A stretch of 64,000 nt of DNA, from positions 13,544-77,543 of the forward strand of contig JBPCMD010000069.1 of assembly GCA_051002595.1 (NCBI GenBank). The letters are read 5' to 3'. Below, one piece after another: positions 55,232 through 64,000 of the stretch. Every line of letters starts with the position of its first letter. Position 1 is the first letter of the stretch. The notes beneath the pieces are model-generated. The model saw nothing but the letters and a program-made list of their open reading frames with translations, had not been told where the DNA came from and did no database searches. Made by a program: the position numbers and the translations under genes. This DNA is from Gaiellaceae bacterium (lineage in GTDB: Bacteria > Actinomycetota > Thermoleophilia > Gaiellales > Gaiellaceae).

Positions 55232-56848
55232 ATGCAGACTGCGGTGCGAGACGACAATTTTCGGTCGGAAGACCACCCACCCGACGGCGTGTCGACGCTG
55301 CGTTACTACCTGCAGCCGCTCTGGCGAAGGAAGTGGGTCTTTCTCGCGCCTGTGGTCGTCATCCTCCTGGTGACCATCGTCGCGACGCTCAGGCAAACCG
55401 CCGAGTACCGGGCGTCAGCCGATGTCTTCGTCAACCGGCAGGAGCTGGCCTCCACGAGCCTCGTCGGTCAGACGCCTGCTCTCGACAACGCCGATCGCAC
55501 GATGCAGACGCATGCGAGGCTCGCTCGGATCCCCCTTGTGCTGGAGCGCGTCTTGAAGGCCGCGAACGCAGGGCAGATCGCCACGTCCACCCTCCGTGCC
55601 CGATCGAGCGTCTTTCCTCTCGCGGACATTCTGCGTTTCCAGGTGTCCGATGAAGATCCCGCCCGCGCTGCACGGCTCGCGAGCGCGTACGCGCGCGAGT
55701 TTGTCGCCTACCGACGGGGACTCGACACCTTGGGCCTCGCTCCCACGTTGGACCGACTAAGAGATCAGATCGAGCAGCTCGAGGCGGATGGCAACACCGG
55801 GTCCCCGCTGTACGTGCGGCTGGCCGACCGCGAGCAGCAGCTCCAGTCGCTGCAGGCGCTTCGTTTGTCGAACCTCTCCGTTGTGCGAGCGGACCGCCCG
55901 GGAGACGCCACGGAGATCGGGTCACGGCCGACGCGCAATGCCGCCATCGCCATCGCGGCGGGCCTCGTCGTCGGCCTCGTTCTCGTCTTTCTCTTCGAAA
56001 GCCTCAGTACCAGACCTCGCAGGAGGGAGGAGTTCGAGGCGCTGCTCGACGGCCAGTACCTCGGCCGCCAGACGCTCGAAGACCGCGGTGGAGCTCCGCT
56101 GGCTCTCGATGACGCGGCGGGCCGCGAGGCCGACGCTGCGCATGCGCTGCGAGCGAGCTTCGACCTCGCCAACGCCCGGCTGGGCGCCCGCACGATCATG
56201 GTCACGAGCCCCGGCTCGGGGGAGGGGAAGAGCGAATGCGCCCTGCAGCTCGCGGTCTCGCTCGCCCGCAGCGGACGTCACGTGACGCTCGTCGACCTCG
56301 ATCTCCGGACAACGGCGATCACCCGGCTCACGGGTGTCGATCGCCACCTGGGGATGACGAGCGTCATTCGAGGCGAATGCGACCTGACCGCCGCCCTCGT
56401 AACCATCCCGTTGGAGGACACGGCTACGGGACGGTCGCACGTCGACTCGAACGGCCGAAACGCCCCTGGCGCGCTGCTCGAGATCGTCGGCTCGGGTCCG
56501 CCGGCCGCGGTCCATCCTGCGGAGCTCCTCAGCTCGAGCCAAGTCGCCACCGTCTTCGGCGACCTCGAAAATCGCAGTGACGTGGTGCTCGTCGACGTGC
56601 CCCCCCTGCTCGAGGCACCGGACGCCGCCGCCCTCAGCGCTTGCGTCGACGCAATCCTTCTCGTCGTGGGCGCTCGGGCTGCTCGGGGTCCAACGCTCGC
56701 CGAGGCTCGCCGTGCAATCGCTGCGTGGCCGCCGGCGATGCTCGGCTTCGTCCTCACTGAGGGAAGAGAGGGACGAACCGTTGTGCGAGGCGTTCCCGCG
56801 AGCCCGCGGTCGGGCACGCATGCCTCGGAGCCGGAGCGCGTCGGATGA
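55232..56848 (+). CDS. Second Wzz-like/BY-kinase-like fusion lacking a C-terminal Tyr cluster
   Basis: ORF 55196..56848. LRYYLQPLWRRKWVFLAPVVVILL, Walker A SPGSGEGKSE, A' VTLVDLDLRTT and B VLVDVPP. The tail ...GREGRTVVRGVPASPRSGTHASEPERVG contains no Tyr. Confidence 0.7.
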   Translation: MQTAVRDDNFRSEDHPPDGVSTLRYYLQPLWRRKWVFLAPVVVILLVTIVATLRQTAEYRASADVFVNRQELASTSLVGQTPALDNADRTMQTHARLARIPLVLERVLKAANAGQIATSTLRARSSVFPLADILRFQVSDEDPARAARLASAYAREFVAYRRGLDTLGLAPTLDRLRDQIEQLEADGNTGSPLYVRLADREQQLQSLQALRLSNLSVVRADRPGDATEIGSRPTRNAAIAIAAGLVVGLVLVFLFESLSTRPRRREEFEALLDGQYLGRQTLEDRGGAPLALDDAAGREADAAHALRASFDLANARLGARTIMVTSPGSGEGKSECALQLAVSLARSGRHVTLVDLDLRTTAITRLTGVDRHLGMTSVIRGECDLTAALVTIPLEDTATGRSHVDSNGRNAPGALLEIVGSGPPAAVHPAELLSSSQVATVFGDLENRSDVVLVDVPPLLEAPDAAALSACVDAILLVVGARAARGPTLAEARRAIAAWPPAMLGFVLTEGREGRTVVRGVPASPRSGTHASEPERVG

Positions 56849-58392
56849 AGCGCATGACGTCCGCTCCATTGGTTGCGGGGGCCAGTCGTGCTCGGATCTG
56901 GCGGAGAGCCGCCAAGCTTCCTGCATCGCAGGCCATCGGACGACATCGTCGAGGGTGGCTCGTTCGCCGGATGCTCGTGCTCGCCGACGTCGCCGGGCTC
57001 GGGCTGGCCTTCGTGCTCGCCATCATGTTGTTCCGGAACAGAATCGGCCCTACCGACCCCGTCGGTGTCGAGCACGAGGTACTCCTCTTCCTCGTCACCC
57101 TCCCCGGCTGGGTGCTGCTCGCACGGCTGCACGGACTCTACGACCGCGATGAGGAACGCGCGAGTCACTCGACGCTGGACGATCTCGTCGGTGTGTTTCA
57201 CCTCGTCACAGTAGGCACGTTCCTCTTCTTCGCGATCTCATGGGTCACCAAGATCGCAGAGCCGTATCCGTCGAAGCTCCTTACGTTCTGGGTGCTCGCG
57301 ATCGTTCTAGTCGCGCTCGCGCGCGTTGCTGCACGGGCTTTCGCCCGAACGAGGAAGGCGTACGTGCAGAACACCGTGATCGTAGGGGTCGACGCCGTCG
57401 CCAAGCTCGTGGGGCGGAAGATCCTCGATCACCCGGAATACGGCGTGCAACTCGTGGGCTTCATCGACTCGGCGTCGGCTAGGGGTGCGGGGGTCGTCGG
57501 CGGCTTGAACGTTCTTGGGCCGCCCGAGGAGCTGCCCGAGATCGTTCTGAGGAACGACGTCGAGCGGGTCGTGGTCGCCTTCTTCGATCGTCCGGTAAGC
57601 GAGGCGATCGAGCTCGTGCGCCGAACGAAGGAGATGAGAGTTCAGGTCGACATCGTGCCGAGGCTCTTCGCGGCGGTTGACCCCCGAGCTCAGCTGCATA
57701 CCCTCGAGGGGTTCCCGCTCATCGGCCTGCCACCGGCTCAGCTGTGGCGTTCGTCGCTCTGGATCAAGCGGTCGCTCGACATCGTCCTCGCCGCGATCGG
57801 CCTGATCCTCGCCGCGCCGCTGCTCGCCTTCATCGCCGGTCGCGTCAAGCTCGAATCTCGTGGACCGGTCTTCTACAAGCAGGACCGCGTCGGACTGAAC
57901 GGCAAGCTGTTTCGCTTGGCCAAGTTCCGCACCATGTACCTCGAGTACAGCGTCGGCGAGGGGTACGGTGGAGACGCGGCGCTGAGCGAGTTGAAGCGCA
58001 TCCTCGAAGATCCAGCCGCGCGCGACGAATACGATCGGACGCTTAAGCTGAAAGCCGACCCACGGGTGACGCCGTTCGGAAGATTCCTGCGGCGCACCTC
58101 ACTCGACGAGCTGCCCCAGCTCTGGAACGTACTACGCGGGGACATGAGCCTGGTGGGTCCGCGGCCGGTTGAGGAGGCGGATCTCGACCGCTACCGCGAA
58201 GATGTCGTGACCCTCTTGAGCTTCAGGCCGGGCATGACCGGCTATTGGCAGATCAACGGCCGCTCGCGAAACGTGTTCGAGGAACGTGTTCGGCTCGACA
58301 TCGCGTACGTTCGCGGCTGGTCTCTGAAGCTCGACCTGGCCGTTCTCGGAAAGACCGCGTGGACACTGGTCAAGGGCCACGGCGCGTACTGA
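56845..58392 (+). CDS. Polyprenyl-phosphate glycosyl-1-phosphate transferase (WbaP/bacterial sugar transferase family), priming enzyme
   Basis: N-terminal TM bundle, a central Rossmann-like region, and C-terminal KFRTM plus DELPQLWNVLRGDMSLVGPRP. The ATG overlaps the previous stop (ATGA). Confidence 0.85.
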   Translation: MKRMTSAPLVAGASRARIWRRAAKLPASQAIGRHRRGWLVRRMLVLADVAGLGLAFVLAIMLFRNRIGPTDPVGVEHEVLLFLVTLPGWVLLARLHGLYDRDEERASHSTLDDLVGVFHLVTVGTFLFFAISWVTKIAEPYPSKLLTFWVLAIVLVALARVAARAFARTRKAYVQNTVIVGVDAVAKLVGRKILDHPEYGVQLVGFIDSASARGAGVVGGLNVLGPPEELPEIVLRNDVERVVVAFFDRPVSEAIELVRRTKEMRVQVDIVPRLFAAVDPRAQLHTLEGFPLIGLPPAQLWRSSLWIKRSLDIVLAAIGLILAAPLLAFIAGRVKLESRGPVFYKQDRVGLNGKLFRLAKFRTMYLEYSVGEGYGGDAALSELKRILEDPAARDEYDRTLKLKADPRVTPFGRFLRRTSLDELPQLWNVLRGDMSLVGPRPVEEADLDRYREDVVTLLSFRPGMTGYWQINGRSRNVFEERVRLDIAYVRGWSLKLDLAVLGKTAWTLVKGHGAY

Positions 58393-59330
58393 GAGAGGCG
58401 GCGAGGCTGGATCGCCCCGCGAGCATCGACCACCCGATCGACACCGAGCTGACAGCATCGGCCGGCGAGAAGCCCAACTCTTCGCCGCAGTCGCCAGCGG
58501 CAGCAGCTCGCGTCTGGACGGAGAACAGGGCGCCGACCGGCTGGCTGCCGAGGCTCGAGCTCGGCAGGCTCTGGAGGTTTCGCGAGCTCGCGCTCGTGCT
58601 GGCGCTTCGCGACGTCAAGGTTCGCTACAAGCAGACGATTCTCGGCGTCGCCTGGGTGGTGCTCCAGCCACTGACTGCTGCGGCCATCTTCACCGTCATG
58701 TTCGGCCGGCTCGCGAAGCTGCCCAGCGAAAACCTTCCGTACGCAGTCTTCGTCTATGCGGGAGTGGTTCTGTGGACGTACTTCTCCGGAGCGCTGAACT
58801 CGGTCGCGCAGAGCCTCGTTCAGAACCGCGACCTCGTCACCAAGACGCACTTTCCGGCGGCGGTGCTTCCCCTTGCTCTCGCGCTACCCGGACTCCTTGA
58901 TCTCCTCGTCTCTTTGTCCGTGCTCGCGGTCGTCATCGCGGCCTACGGCATCGTCCCGACCCCGGCGATCGTGCTCCTTCCGGTCTGGATCATCGCCTGC
59001 GTCCTCGTCGTTCTCGGAGCCGGCCTATGGTTGTCCGCCTTGAACGTCCAGTACCGAGACGTGCGCCACACTCTGGCCTTTCTCGTGCAGGTCTGGCTCT
59101 TCGCAAGCCCGGTCGTCTACGCCAGCTCGCTCGTCGAGGGCGCGTGGAGATATGTCTACGCGTTGAATCCGATGGTGACAGTGCTCGATGGCTTCCGGTG
59201 GTCGCTGCTCGACGGCCCGCCGCCGAGCCCCGGCGAGAGCCTGGTCTCGGTCGCCGCGGTCGTCGCTCTACTCGCGAGCGGGCTCGTCTTCTTCCTCCGC
59301 GCAGAACGCCGGTTTGCGGATCTGATCTGA
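58359..59330 (+). CDS. wzm: ABC-2 type polysaccharide export permease (Wzm/TagG-like)
   Basis: ORF 58245..59330. LWRFRELALVLALRDVKVRYKQTILGVAWVVLQP and six TM segments. No canonical start follows the upstream stop, so GTG 58359 (34-nt overlap) is proposed. The start is uncertain. Confidence 0.75.
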   Translation: MDTGQGPRRVLREAARLDRPASIDHPIDTELTASAGEKPNSSPQSPAAAARVWTENRAPTGWLPRLELGRLWRFRELALVLALRDVKVRYKQTILGVAWVVLQPLTAAAIFTVMFGRLAKLPSENLPYAVFVYAGVVLWTYFSGALNSVAQSLVQNRDLVTKTHFPAAVLPLALALPGLLDLLVSLSVLAVVIAAYGIVPTPAIVLLPVWIIACVLVVLGAGLWLSALNVQYRDVRHTLAFLVQVWLFASPVVYASSLVEGAWRYVYALNPMVTVLDGFRWSLLDGPPPSPGESLVSVAAVVALLASGLVFFLRAERRFADLI

Positions 59331-60556
59331 TGGCCGTCGTAATCCAGGCAGAGAAGCTCGGTAAGCGTTACCGCTTGGGCGAGGGTGGATATGCGACGCT
59401 TCGGGAGAAGCTCGACGGCCGCCTTCGCCGTCGGGCATTCGACCTGGAGAGACGCGAGGTGTGGGCGCTCCGGGAGATCGACCTCGAGATCGACGAGGGA
59501 GACGTCGTCGGCATCGTCGGCCGTAACGGCGCCGGCAAGACGACGTTCTTGAAGACCGTCGCGGGGATCGTCCGGCCTACGACCGGCGTCGTGCGCGTGC
59601 GCGGACGAGTGGGAGCGCTACTAGAGGTCGGAACCGGCTTCCACCCCGAGCTCACAGGGCGAGAGAACATCTTTCTGAACGGTGTGGTGCTCGGCATGTC
59701 ACGGCGTGAGATCAAGCGCCGGTACGACGACATCGTCGAGTTCTCCGGGGTTGAACGCTTTCTCGAGACTCCGCTCAAGCGCTACTCATCGGGTATGTAC
59801 CTGCGGCTCGCCTTCGCGGTCGCAGCCCACGTCGATCCGGACGTTCTGATCGTCGACGAGGTGCTCGCCGTGGGGGATGCCGAGTTCCGAGAGCGCTGCT
59901 TGAGCCGCGTGTCGGAGTTCGGACGTGAGGGGCGAACCGTGCTTTTCGTCAGTCACGACTCCGGCGTGGTCGGGCGCATGTGCCGGCATGCGATCTGGCT
60001 CGACGAGGGGCGGCCGCTCGCGGTCGGGCCCGCGCTCGAGGTGCTCGACCAGTACCTGAGCTCGGTCGCCGGCCACGCCTCGCATCAGCCAGCTCCTGTC
60101 GCGTCGGGTGGTCCCATCCGTGACGTGTCGGTCGCTGTCCTCGACGGAAGCGGTGATCCGGTGCAAACCGCGCGACGTGACGAGACGCTCGTTCTGCGTC
60201 TGCACTTAACTACGGAGGAACGTGTTCACGGGCTCGACGCTGCGTTCTACGTCCTCGACCGAAACGGCGCGCGCCTCGTGTACGAGCACGTCTCCGACGG
60301 ATCATTTGCAGGCGCTCTCGCAGGGCCGCCGGCTCGCCATGACGTTTATCTCACTGTGCCGCCGATCCTCGATGCGGGCCGGTACGTCGTCGGCGTCTGG
60401 ATCGGCACACTGCACCAGAACTTCGTTCGGGCGGAAGTGCTCGAGTTCACGCTTCTGCCCCTTCCGCTGGACCAGTCGGAAGCGCATCACGGGCTCGTCC
60501 GTCCGGACGTATCGTGGGGCGTCCAGACGCACGCTCCGGCCGACCCCGTCTCATGA
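59330..60556 (+). CDS. wzt: ABC polysaccharide export ATPase with C-terminal Wzt_C-like beta-sandwich extension
   Basis: Internal ATG of ORF 59027..60556 overlaps the wzm stop. Walker A GRNGAGKTT, signature YSSGMYLRLAFA, Walker B VLIVDEVLAVGD. About 160 extra C-terminal residues. Confidence 0.85.
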   Translation: MAVVIQAEKLGKRYRLGEGGYATLREKLDGRLRRRAFDLERREVWALREIDLEIDEGDVVGIVGRNGAGKTTFLKTVAGIVRPTTGVVRVRGRVGALLEVGTGFHPELTGRENIFLNGVVLGMSRREIKRRYDDIVEFSGVERFLETPLKRYSSGMYLRLAFAVAAHVDPDVLIVDEVLAVGDAEFRERCLSRVSEFGREGRTVLFVSHDSGVVGRMCRHAIWLDEGRPLAVGPALEVLDQYLSSVAGHASHQPAPVASGGPIRDVSVAVLDGSGDPVQTARRDETLVLRLHLTTEERVHGLDAAFYVLDRNGARLVYEHVSDGSFAGALAGPPARHDVYLTVPPILDAGRYVVGVWIGTLHQNFVRAEVLEFTLLPLPLDQSEAHHGLVRPDVSWGVQTHAPADPVS

Positions 60557-60932
60557 GCGCCGCGGTTGTGCGGTCTCCTTCGCGACCGCACGAAGGCTGG
60601 GCAGCCCTGCCTTGCGGCCACCTCGTGACACGGCGTCGCCTGCTGCCCGCGTGCACTCAGGTGTTGGTTGTCGACTAGGGCAAGAACGGGACGTGATCGA
60701 CGTCGTGTCCGAGTTCGCCTCGGTTCGACGAGCCGATCCGCCCGGCCGCCAACGACTACGAGCGATGTTATCGCTGGCTGGGGGCGGGCCGCTGACGGAC
60801 GACGCCGGACGCCCGCCGGAGCCGGACTGGCGTCAGGGCATCCTGCGTGGGCTTCCAGTCGGCCTCGTGCGGGGGTGGCGGGTGTTCAAGCAGCCCTGAC
60901 GGCGCTGTCGCGGGCGGGCTGCTCGACCTGGC

Positions 60933-61670
60933 TCAGCCGCGCTCGAAGACGTCGCGTATCGTCCGGAACCCGTATCGGTTGCCGTCGTAGGCCCGGAGCC
61001 GCACGCCGTACAGCGAGCGCCGAGCCAATCCCACGCGCCGGGACAATGCCGCCCGCAGCGAGAGAGGGCCGCAGCGTCGTGCGGCGGTGGTGGTTTGGGC
61101 GTGTGCGAAGGCCGTGTATCCCTTGGAAGCGATCAGGCGCCTCCGGACGACCTGCTCGGGGCCGTCCATTACGAATGTGTCGTGGAGCGCGATGGTCGCC
61201 TCGGGGAGCAAGTGCGGCTCCCACAGATCGACGTCGCGAAGGGCGCCTTCGTAGCTGTGATCGCCGTCGATCCACAGAAGCGAAACCGGACGCGACCACG
61301 ATGCGGCGGCCTCCGCCGACGTGGCGACGATGACCTCGACGAAGTCATCCAGGCCCGAGCGAGCGAGGTTCGCGCGCAAGGCCGGCTCGGTGGTCTCCCC
61401 CTCCTCGCGTAGCTCCGTACCGATGTGCGGGTCGATGGAGACGACGCGCGCCCCGCGACCCGAGCGTGCACCGGCGGCGAGCCAGATGGTCGACTTGCCC
61501 TGCCAGCTTCCGATCTCGACGATGCAGCCGGCGGGATCGGCATCCCGGGCGAGCTCATAGAGCAGCCTGCCCTCGTCCTTTCCGAACCACCCCTCGACGC
61601 CGGCGGTGATCCGCTCGACGTCGTCTGGAAGCAGCGGGTGCGAAGCCCGGGTCGTCGAGTCGGACATCAT
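60933..61670 (-). CDS. Class I SAM-dependent methyltransferase (Methyltransf_24/TylF-like)
   Basis: IVEIGSWQGKST and LLWIDGDHSYEGA motifs. Confidence 0.7.
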   Translation of the reverse strand: MMSDSTTRASHPLLPDDVERITAGVEGWFGKDEGRLLYELARDADPAGCIVEIGSWQGKSTIWLAAGARSGRGARVVSIDPHIGTELREEGETTEPALRANLARSGLDDFVEVIVATSAEAAASWSRPVSLLWIDGDHSYEGALRDVDLWEPHLLPEATIALHDTFVMDGPEQVVRRRLIASKGYTAFAHAQTTTAARRCGPLSLRAALSRRVGLARRSLYGVRLRAYDGNRYGFRTIRDVFERG

Positions 61671-61753
61671 TCCCTCGTTGTCTAGCCGTAACCTGCCGCG
61701 CCGTCAACTCCGCGGAGGAGGCCGAGGACGAGCAGAGTACGCTCACTCCCGTC

Positions 61754-62701
61754 ATGAGCCTGGAGCGCAAGAACACGGCCAGGCGAGGGGCGCCACTCGT
61801 CAGTCTGGTGATGCCGGTCTGGAACCCGAAACCGGCTTGGCTACGGCAGTCGGTACTGAGCGCACTCGGTCAAGTGGGGTGCGAGATCGAGCTCATCGTC
61901 GTCGATGACGGCTCGGACACCGCCGTCGAGGAGCTCCTCGAGGGGCTGGACGACGACCGGATGCGTTTGGTGCGCGTCCCTCACGGACGGGTGTCGAGTG
62001 CGCGGAACGCGGGAATCGAGGTCGCGCGCGGCGAGTACTTCCGCTTTGTCGACTCTGACGACGTGATCCTCCCGGACAGCACCTCGCACCTCCTGGCGAT
62101 CACACATGGCAAGGTTCGTGTGATCGCGTACGGCGCGACCCTCGCCTGCGACGAGGAGCTCCGTCCACTCTCACTGATCGGGTCGACTCTGCAGGGGAAC
62201 GTCGCGGAGAGCTGCCTCCTCAATCGCTTCGACATGACGATTCACTCGTTGCTCTTTCCACGTTCCGTCGTCGAGGAGATCGGTCCGTGGGAGCCCTCGC
62301 TCGTGGTCTCCGAGGACTGGGACTACTCGTTGCGGGCGTTCGAGCGAGCGCCCGTGCGGGGCGATCGACGCATCGCGACGCACTATCGGCTGCACCCGGA
62401 CATGAGTAGCCGCAACCCCGAGGAGGCCATCCGTGGCTATCGCTCGGTCGTCGACCGCTACTTCGAACGGCACCCCGATCAGCGAAGCGAGCCGCTCCAC
62501 CGACGTGCGCTGGCGCTCTCCCATCTCTTCGCCGCAAGTCGACTCGCCACCGTCCGGCGTGAGTACCGGGCGTCCTTCGCTCATGTTCGGCGCGCGGTCG
62601 CGCTCCACCCCAGGACAGGGCTTTCGGCGCTTCCGCGTTTCGCGGCGATGGGGTTGATGCTTACTGCTCGCCGTTCGTATCGGTTCCTGACACGACGATG
62701 A
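61754..62701 (+). CDS. Family 2 glycosyltransferase
   Basis: VSLVMPVWNPKPAWLRQSV, LIVVDDGSD and FVDSDD motifs. Confidence 0.8.
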   Translation: MSLERKNTARRGAPLVSLVMPVWNPKPAWLRQSVLSALGQVGCEIELIVVDDGSDTAVEELLEGLDDDRMRLVRVPHGRVSSARNAGIEVARGEYFRFVDSDDVILPDSTSHLLAITHGKVRVIAYGATLACDEELRPLSLIGSTLQGNVAESCLLNRFDMTIHSLLFPRSVVEEIGPWEPSLVVSEDWDYSLRAFERAPVRGDRRIATHYRLHPDMSSRNPEEAIRGYRSVVDRYFERHPDQRSEPLHRRALALSHLFAASRLATVRREYRASFAHVRRAVALHPRTGLSALPRFAAMGLMLTARRSYRFLTRR

Positions 62702-62941
62702 CTCCTCGAAGCCTGCTCCGCGAGCAGGACCGAGCCCGGTTCTCTGCCTCTCGGCAGCTACAGTCGCCGGCGTCCGAGGTTCAGCGTGCGTGCTGAAGGA
62801 TTCAGGCTCGAGTTGGAGAGTGCCGATGTGTGAGCGGGATCAGCGGAACCGTGTTCGACGAGACATCATTACGCTTTGCCGAGCTCCCACGAGGGGCCGT
62901 GGCCGCTCGCTCACGCCGCCTTCACTCGACGGAGCCTGACC

Positions 62942-64000
62942 ATGAGTGATCACCAGGACGTCATTCTCGGCGCGGGGCTCGCCGGTCTTACCGCCGCGTA
63001 CACGTTGCAGGAACTCGGCGAGACCGACTGGCAGACCTACGAGCGCGAGGACCGCGTGGGAGGCCACGCTCGCTCGATCGAGCTCGACGGCTACACGTTC
63101 GACTTCGGTCCGCACATCCTCTTCGCCGCAGATCCCGAGATCGGAGCGCTCATACGTGACCTCCTCGGAACGAACTTCACCGCTCAGGCGCGTGAGGCCT
63201 TCATCTATCACCACGCGACCGCTTCGTACACGCGTTTTCCGTTCCAGGCGCACCTGCACGGGCTTCCGACCGATCTCGTGCTGGAGTGCCTCACCGGGCT
63301 CGTCGCGGCTGTCGAGCGCCGCGCCAAGGGCGAGTTCCAGCCCCGAGACTACGAGGAGTGGATGCGAGGGTTCTTCGGCGACGGGATCGCCGAGCACCTG
63401 ATGATCCCCTACGCACGCAAGGTCTGGACCGTCGAGCCGAGTGAGATGGACTTCGCCTGGATCGAGCGGCGGGTCCCGACGCCCGACGTGAGCCGAATCA
63501 TCGCCGGCGCGCTCACTGACGACGTGGACCAGGTTGGTGCGACGGCCCACTTCTGGTACCCGAAGCGGGGCGGCATCGAAGCGCTGCCACGAGCGCTCGG
63601 CGAACGGGTGGCCAACGTCCGGCTCGGACGAGAGGTCGAGCGCATCGACCTTTCTGCGCGCAGCGTCGTCTTCCGAGACGGGGAGCACGTCGCCTTCGAT
63701 CGAATGATCTACACGCTGCCGCTTCACCAGGTCGGCTCGCTCGTGTCCGACCTCCCACCCAGCGTTCGCAGCGCGTGCCAGGGGTTGCGCTATCAGGGGA
63801 TCTGCTGCGTCAATCTCGGTATCGACCGCGCGGCCATCTCCGACAAGCACTGGGTGTACTACTACGAGGACGGATTCCCCTTCCACCGGCTGTCCTTCCC
63901 CGGAAACTTCACGCCTGAGAACGTGCCGCCGGGAAAGAGCTCGATATCGATGGAGATCGCCTTCTCCGACACGCTGCCGCTCGATCGAGAGCACATCGTC
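62942..64000 (+). CDS. FAD-dependent oxidoreductase of the UDP-galactopyranose-mutase-like (eukaryotic-type UGM / amine-oxidase fold) family, 3' end beyond window
   Basis: Not in the ORF track because there is no stop. My translation from ATG 62942 reads MSDHQDVILGAGLAGLTAAYTL...REDRVGGHARS...FDFGPHILF...TRFPFQ...YEEWMRGFFGDGIAEHLMIPYARKVWTV...AHFWYPKRGGIEAL. It is open to base 64000. Confidence 0.65.
   Translation, partial: MSDHQDVILGAGLAGLTAAYTLQELGETDWQTYEREDRVGGHARSIELDGYTFDFGPHILFAADPEIGALIRDLLGTNFTAQAREAFIYHHATASYTRFPFQAHLHGLPTDLVLECLTGLVAAVERRAKGEFQPRDYEEWMRGFFGDGIAEHLMIPYARKVWTVEPSEMDFAWIERRVPTPDVSRIIAGALTDDVDQVGATAHFWYPKRGGIEALPRALGERVANVRLGREVERIDLSARSVVFRDGEHVAFDRMIYTLPLHQVGSLVSDLPPSVRSACQGLRYQGICCVNLGIDRAAISDKHWVYYYEDGFPFHRLSFPGNFTPENVPPGKSSISMEIAFSDTLPLDREHIV

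Noticed and set aside
1-64000. Search for tRNA, rRNA, tmRNA, RNase P, SRP RNA or riboswitches in intergenic regions
   Set aside because: The intergenic spacers are short, mostly under 170 nt. None showed cloverleaf-type or other recognisable conserved RNA signatures by eye. A covariance-model scan (Rfam, tRNAscan-SE) would be needed for certainty.

Overview
High-GC, Actinomycetota-like chromosomal window. The lineage call is an inference from composition, frequent GTG/TTG starts and gene content. All calls come from reading the ORF track and the sequence by eye; no searches were run. The left ~26 kb is mostly housekeeping. It holds a partial SDR and a central-carbon set: mdh, an NAD-IDH-type icd, citrate synthase, pckA, and a non-classical sdhA-sdhB-HdrB-like sdhE operon with no membrane-anchor genes. 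It also holds purE, recQ, and two intact XerC/D-type recombinases bracketing an orphan secreted protein. Further genes are an RHH/MazF toxin-antitoxin pair, an ABC exporter, two tandem secreted HExxH proteins, a metallophosphoesterase, Asp23, asd and recR. From ~26.3 kb to the right edge, which is not reached, lies a >37 kb cell-surface polysaccharide island. It opens with a secreted protein of six Fn3 modules plus a polysaccharide-lyase-like domain. It contains two AsnB-type amidotransferases, one coupled to a signal-less heparinase II/III-like protein, and a membrane-anchored GH-A glycosidase. A hexapeptide acyltransferase, a DltA-like adenylation enzyme, a carrier protein and a GNAT form a cassette next to a Wzx flippase. 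The island also has seven glycosyltransferases (GT2 and GT4), an AlgD-like sugar 6-dehydrogenase, a Wzy-like polymerase and two Wzz/BY-kinase fusions, only one with a Tyr cluster. It ends with a priming phosphoglycosyl transferase, a Wzm/Wzt ABC exporter, several SAM methyltransferases and a partial UGM-like flavoprotein. The best candidate for an undescribed system is the carrier-protein-dependent (Dlt/Alm-like) tailoring cassette, which has a soluble GNAT in place of a membrane transferase. Secondary candidates are the cytoplasmic heparinase-like/AsnB pair and a 162-bp inverted-repeat-bounded insert between sdhA and sdhB. No rRNA, tRNA or CRISPR array was seen. Many long ORFs in the track are antisense or off-frame artefacts of the high GC content.
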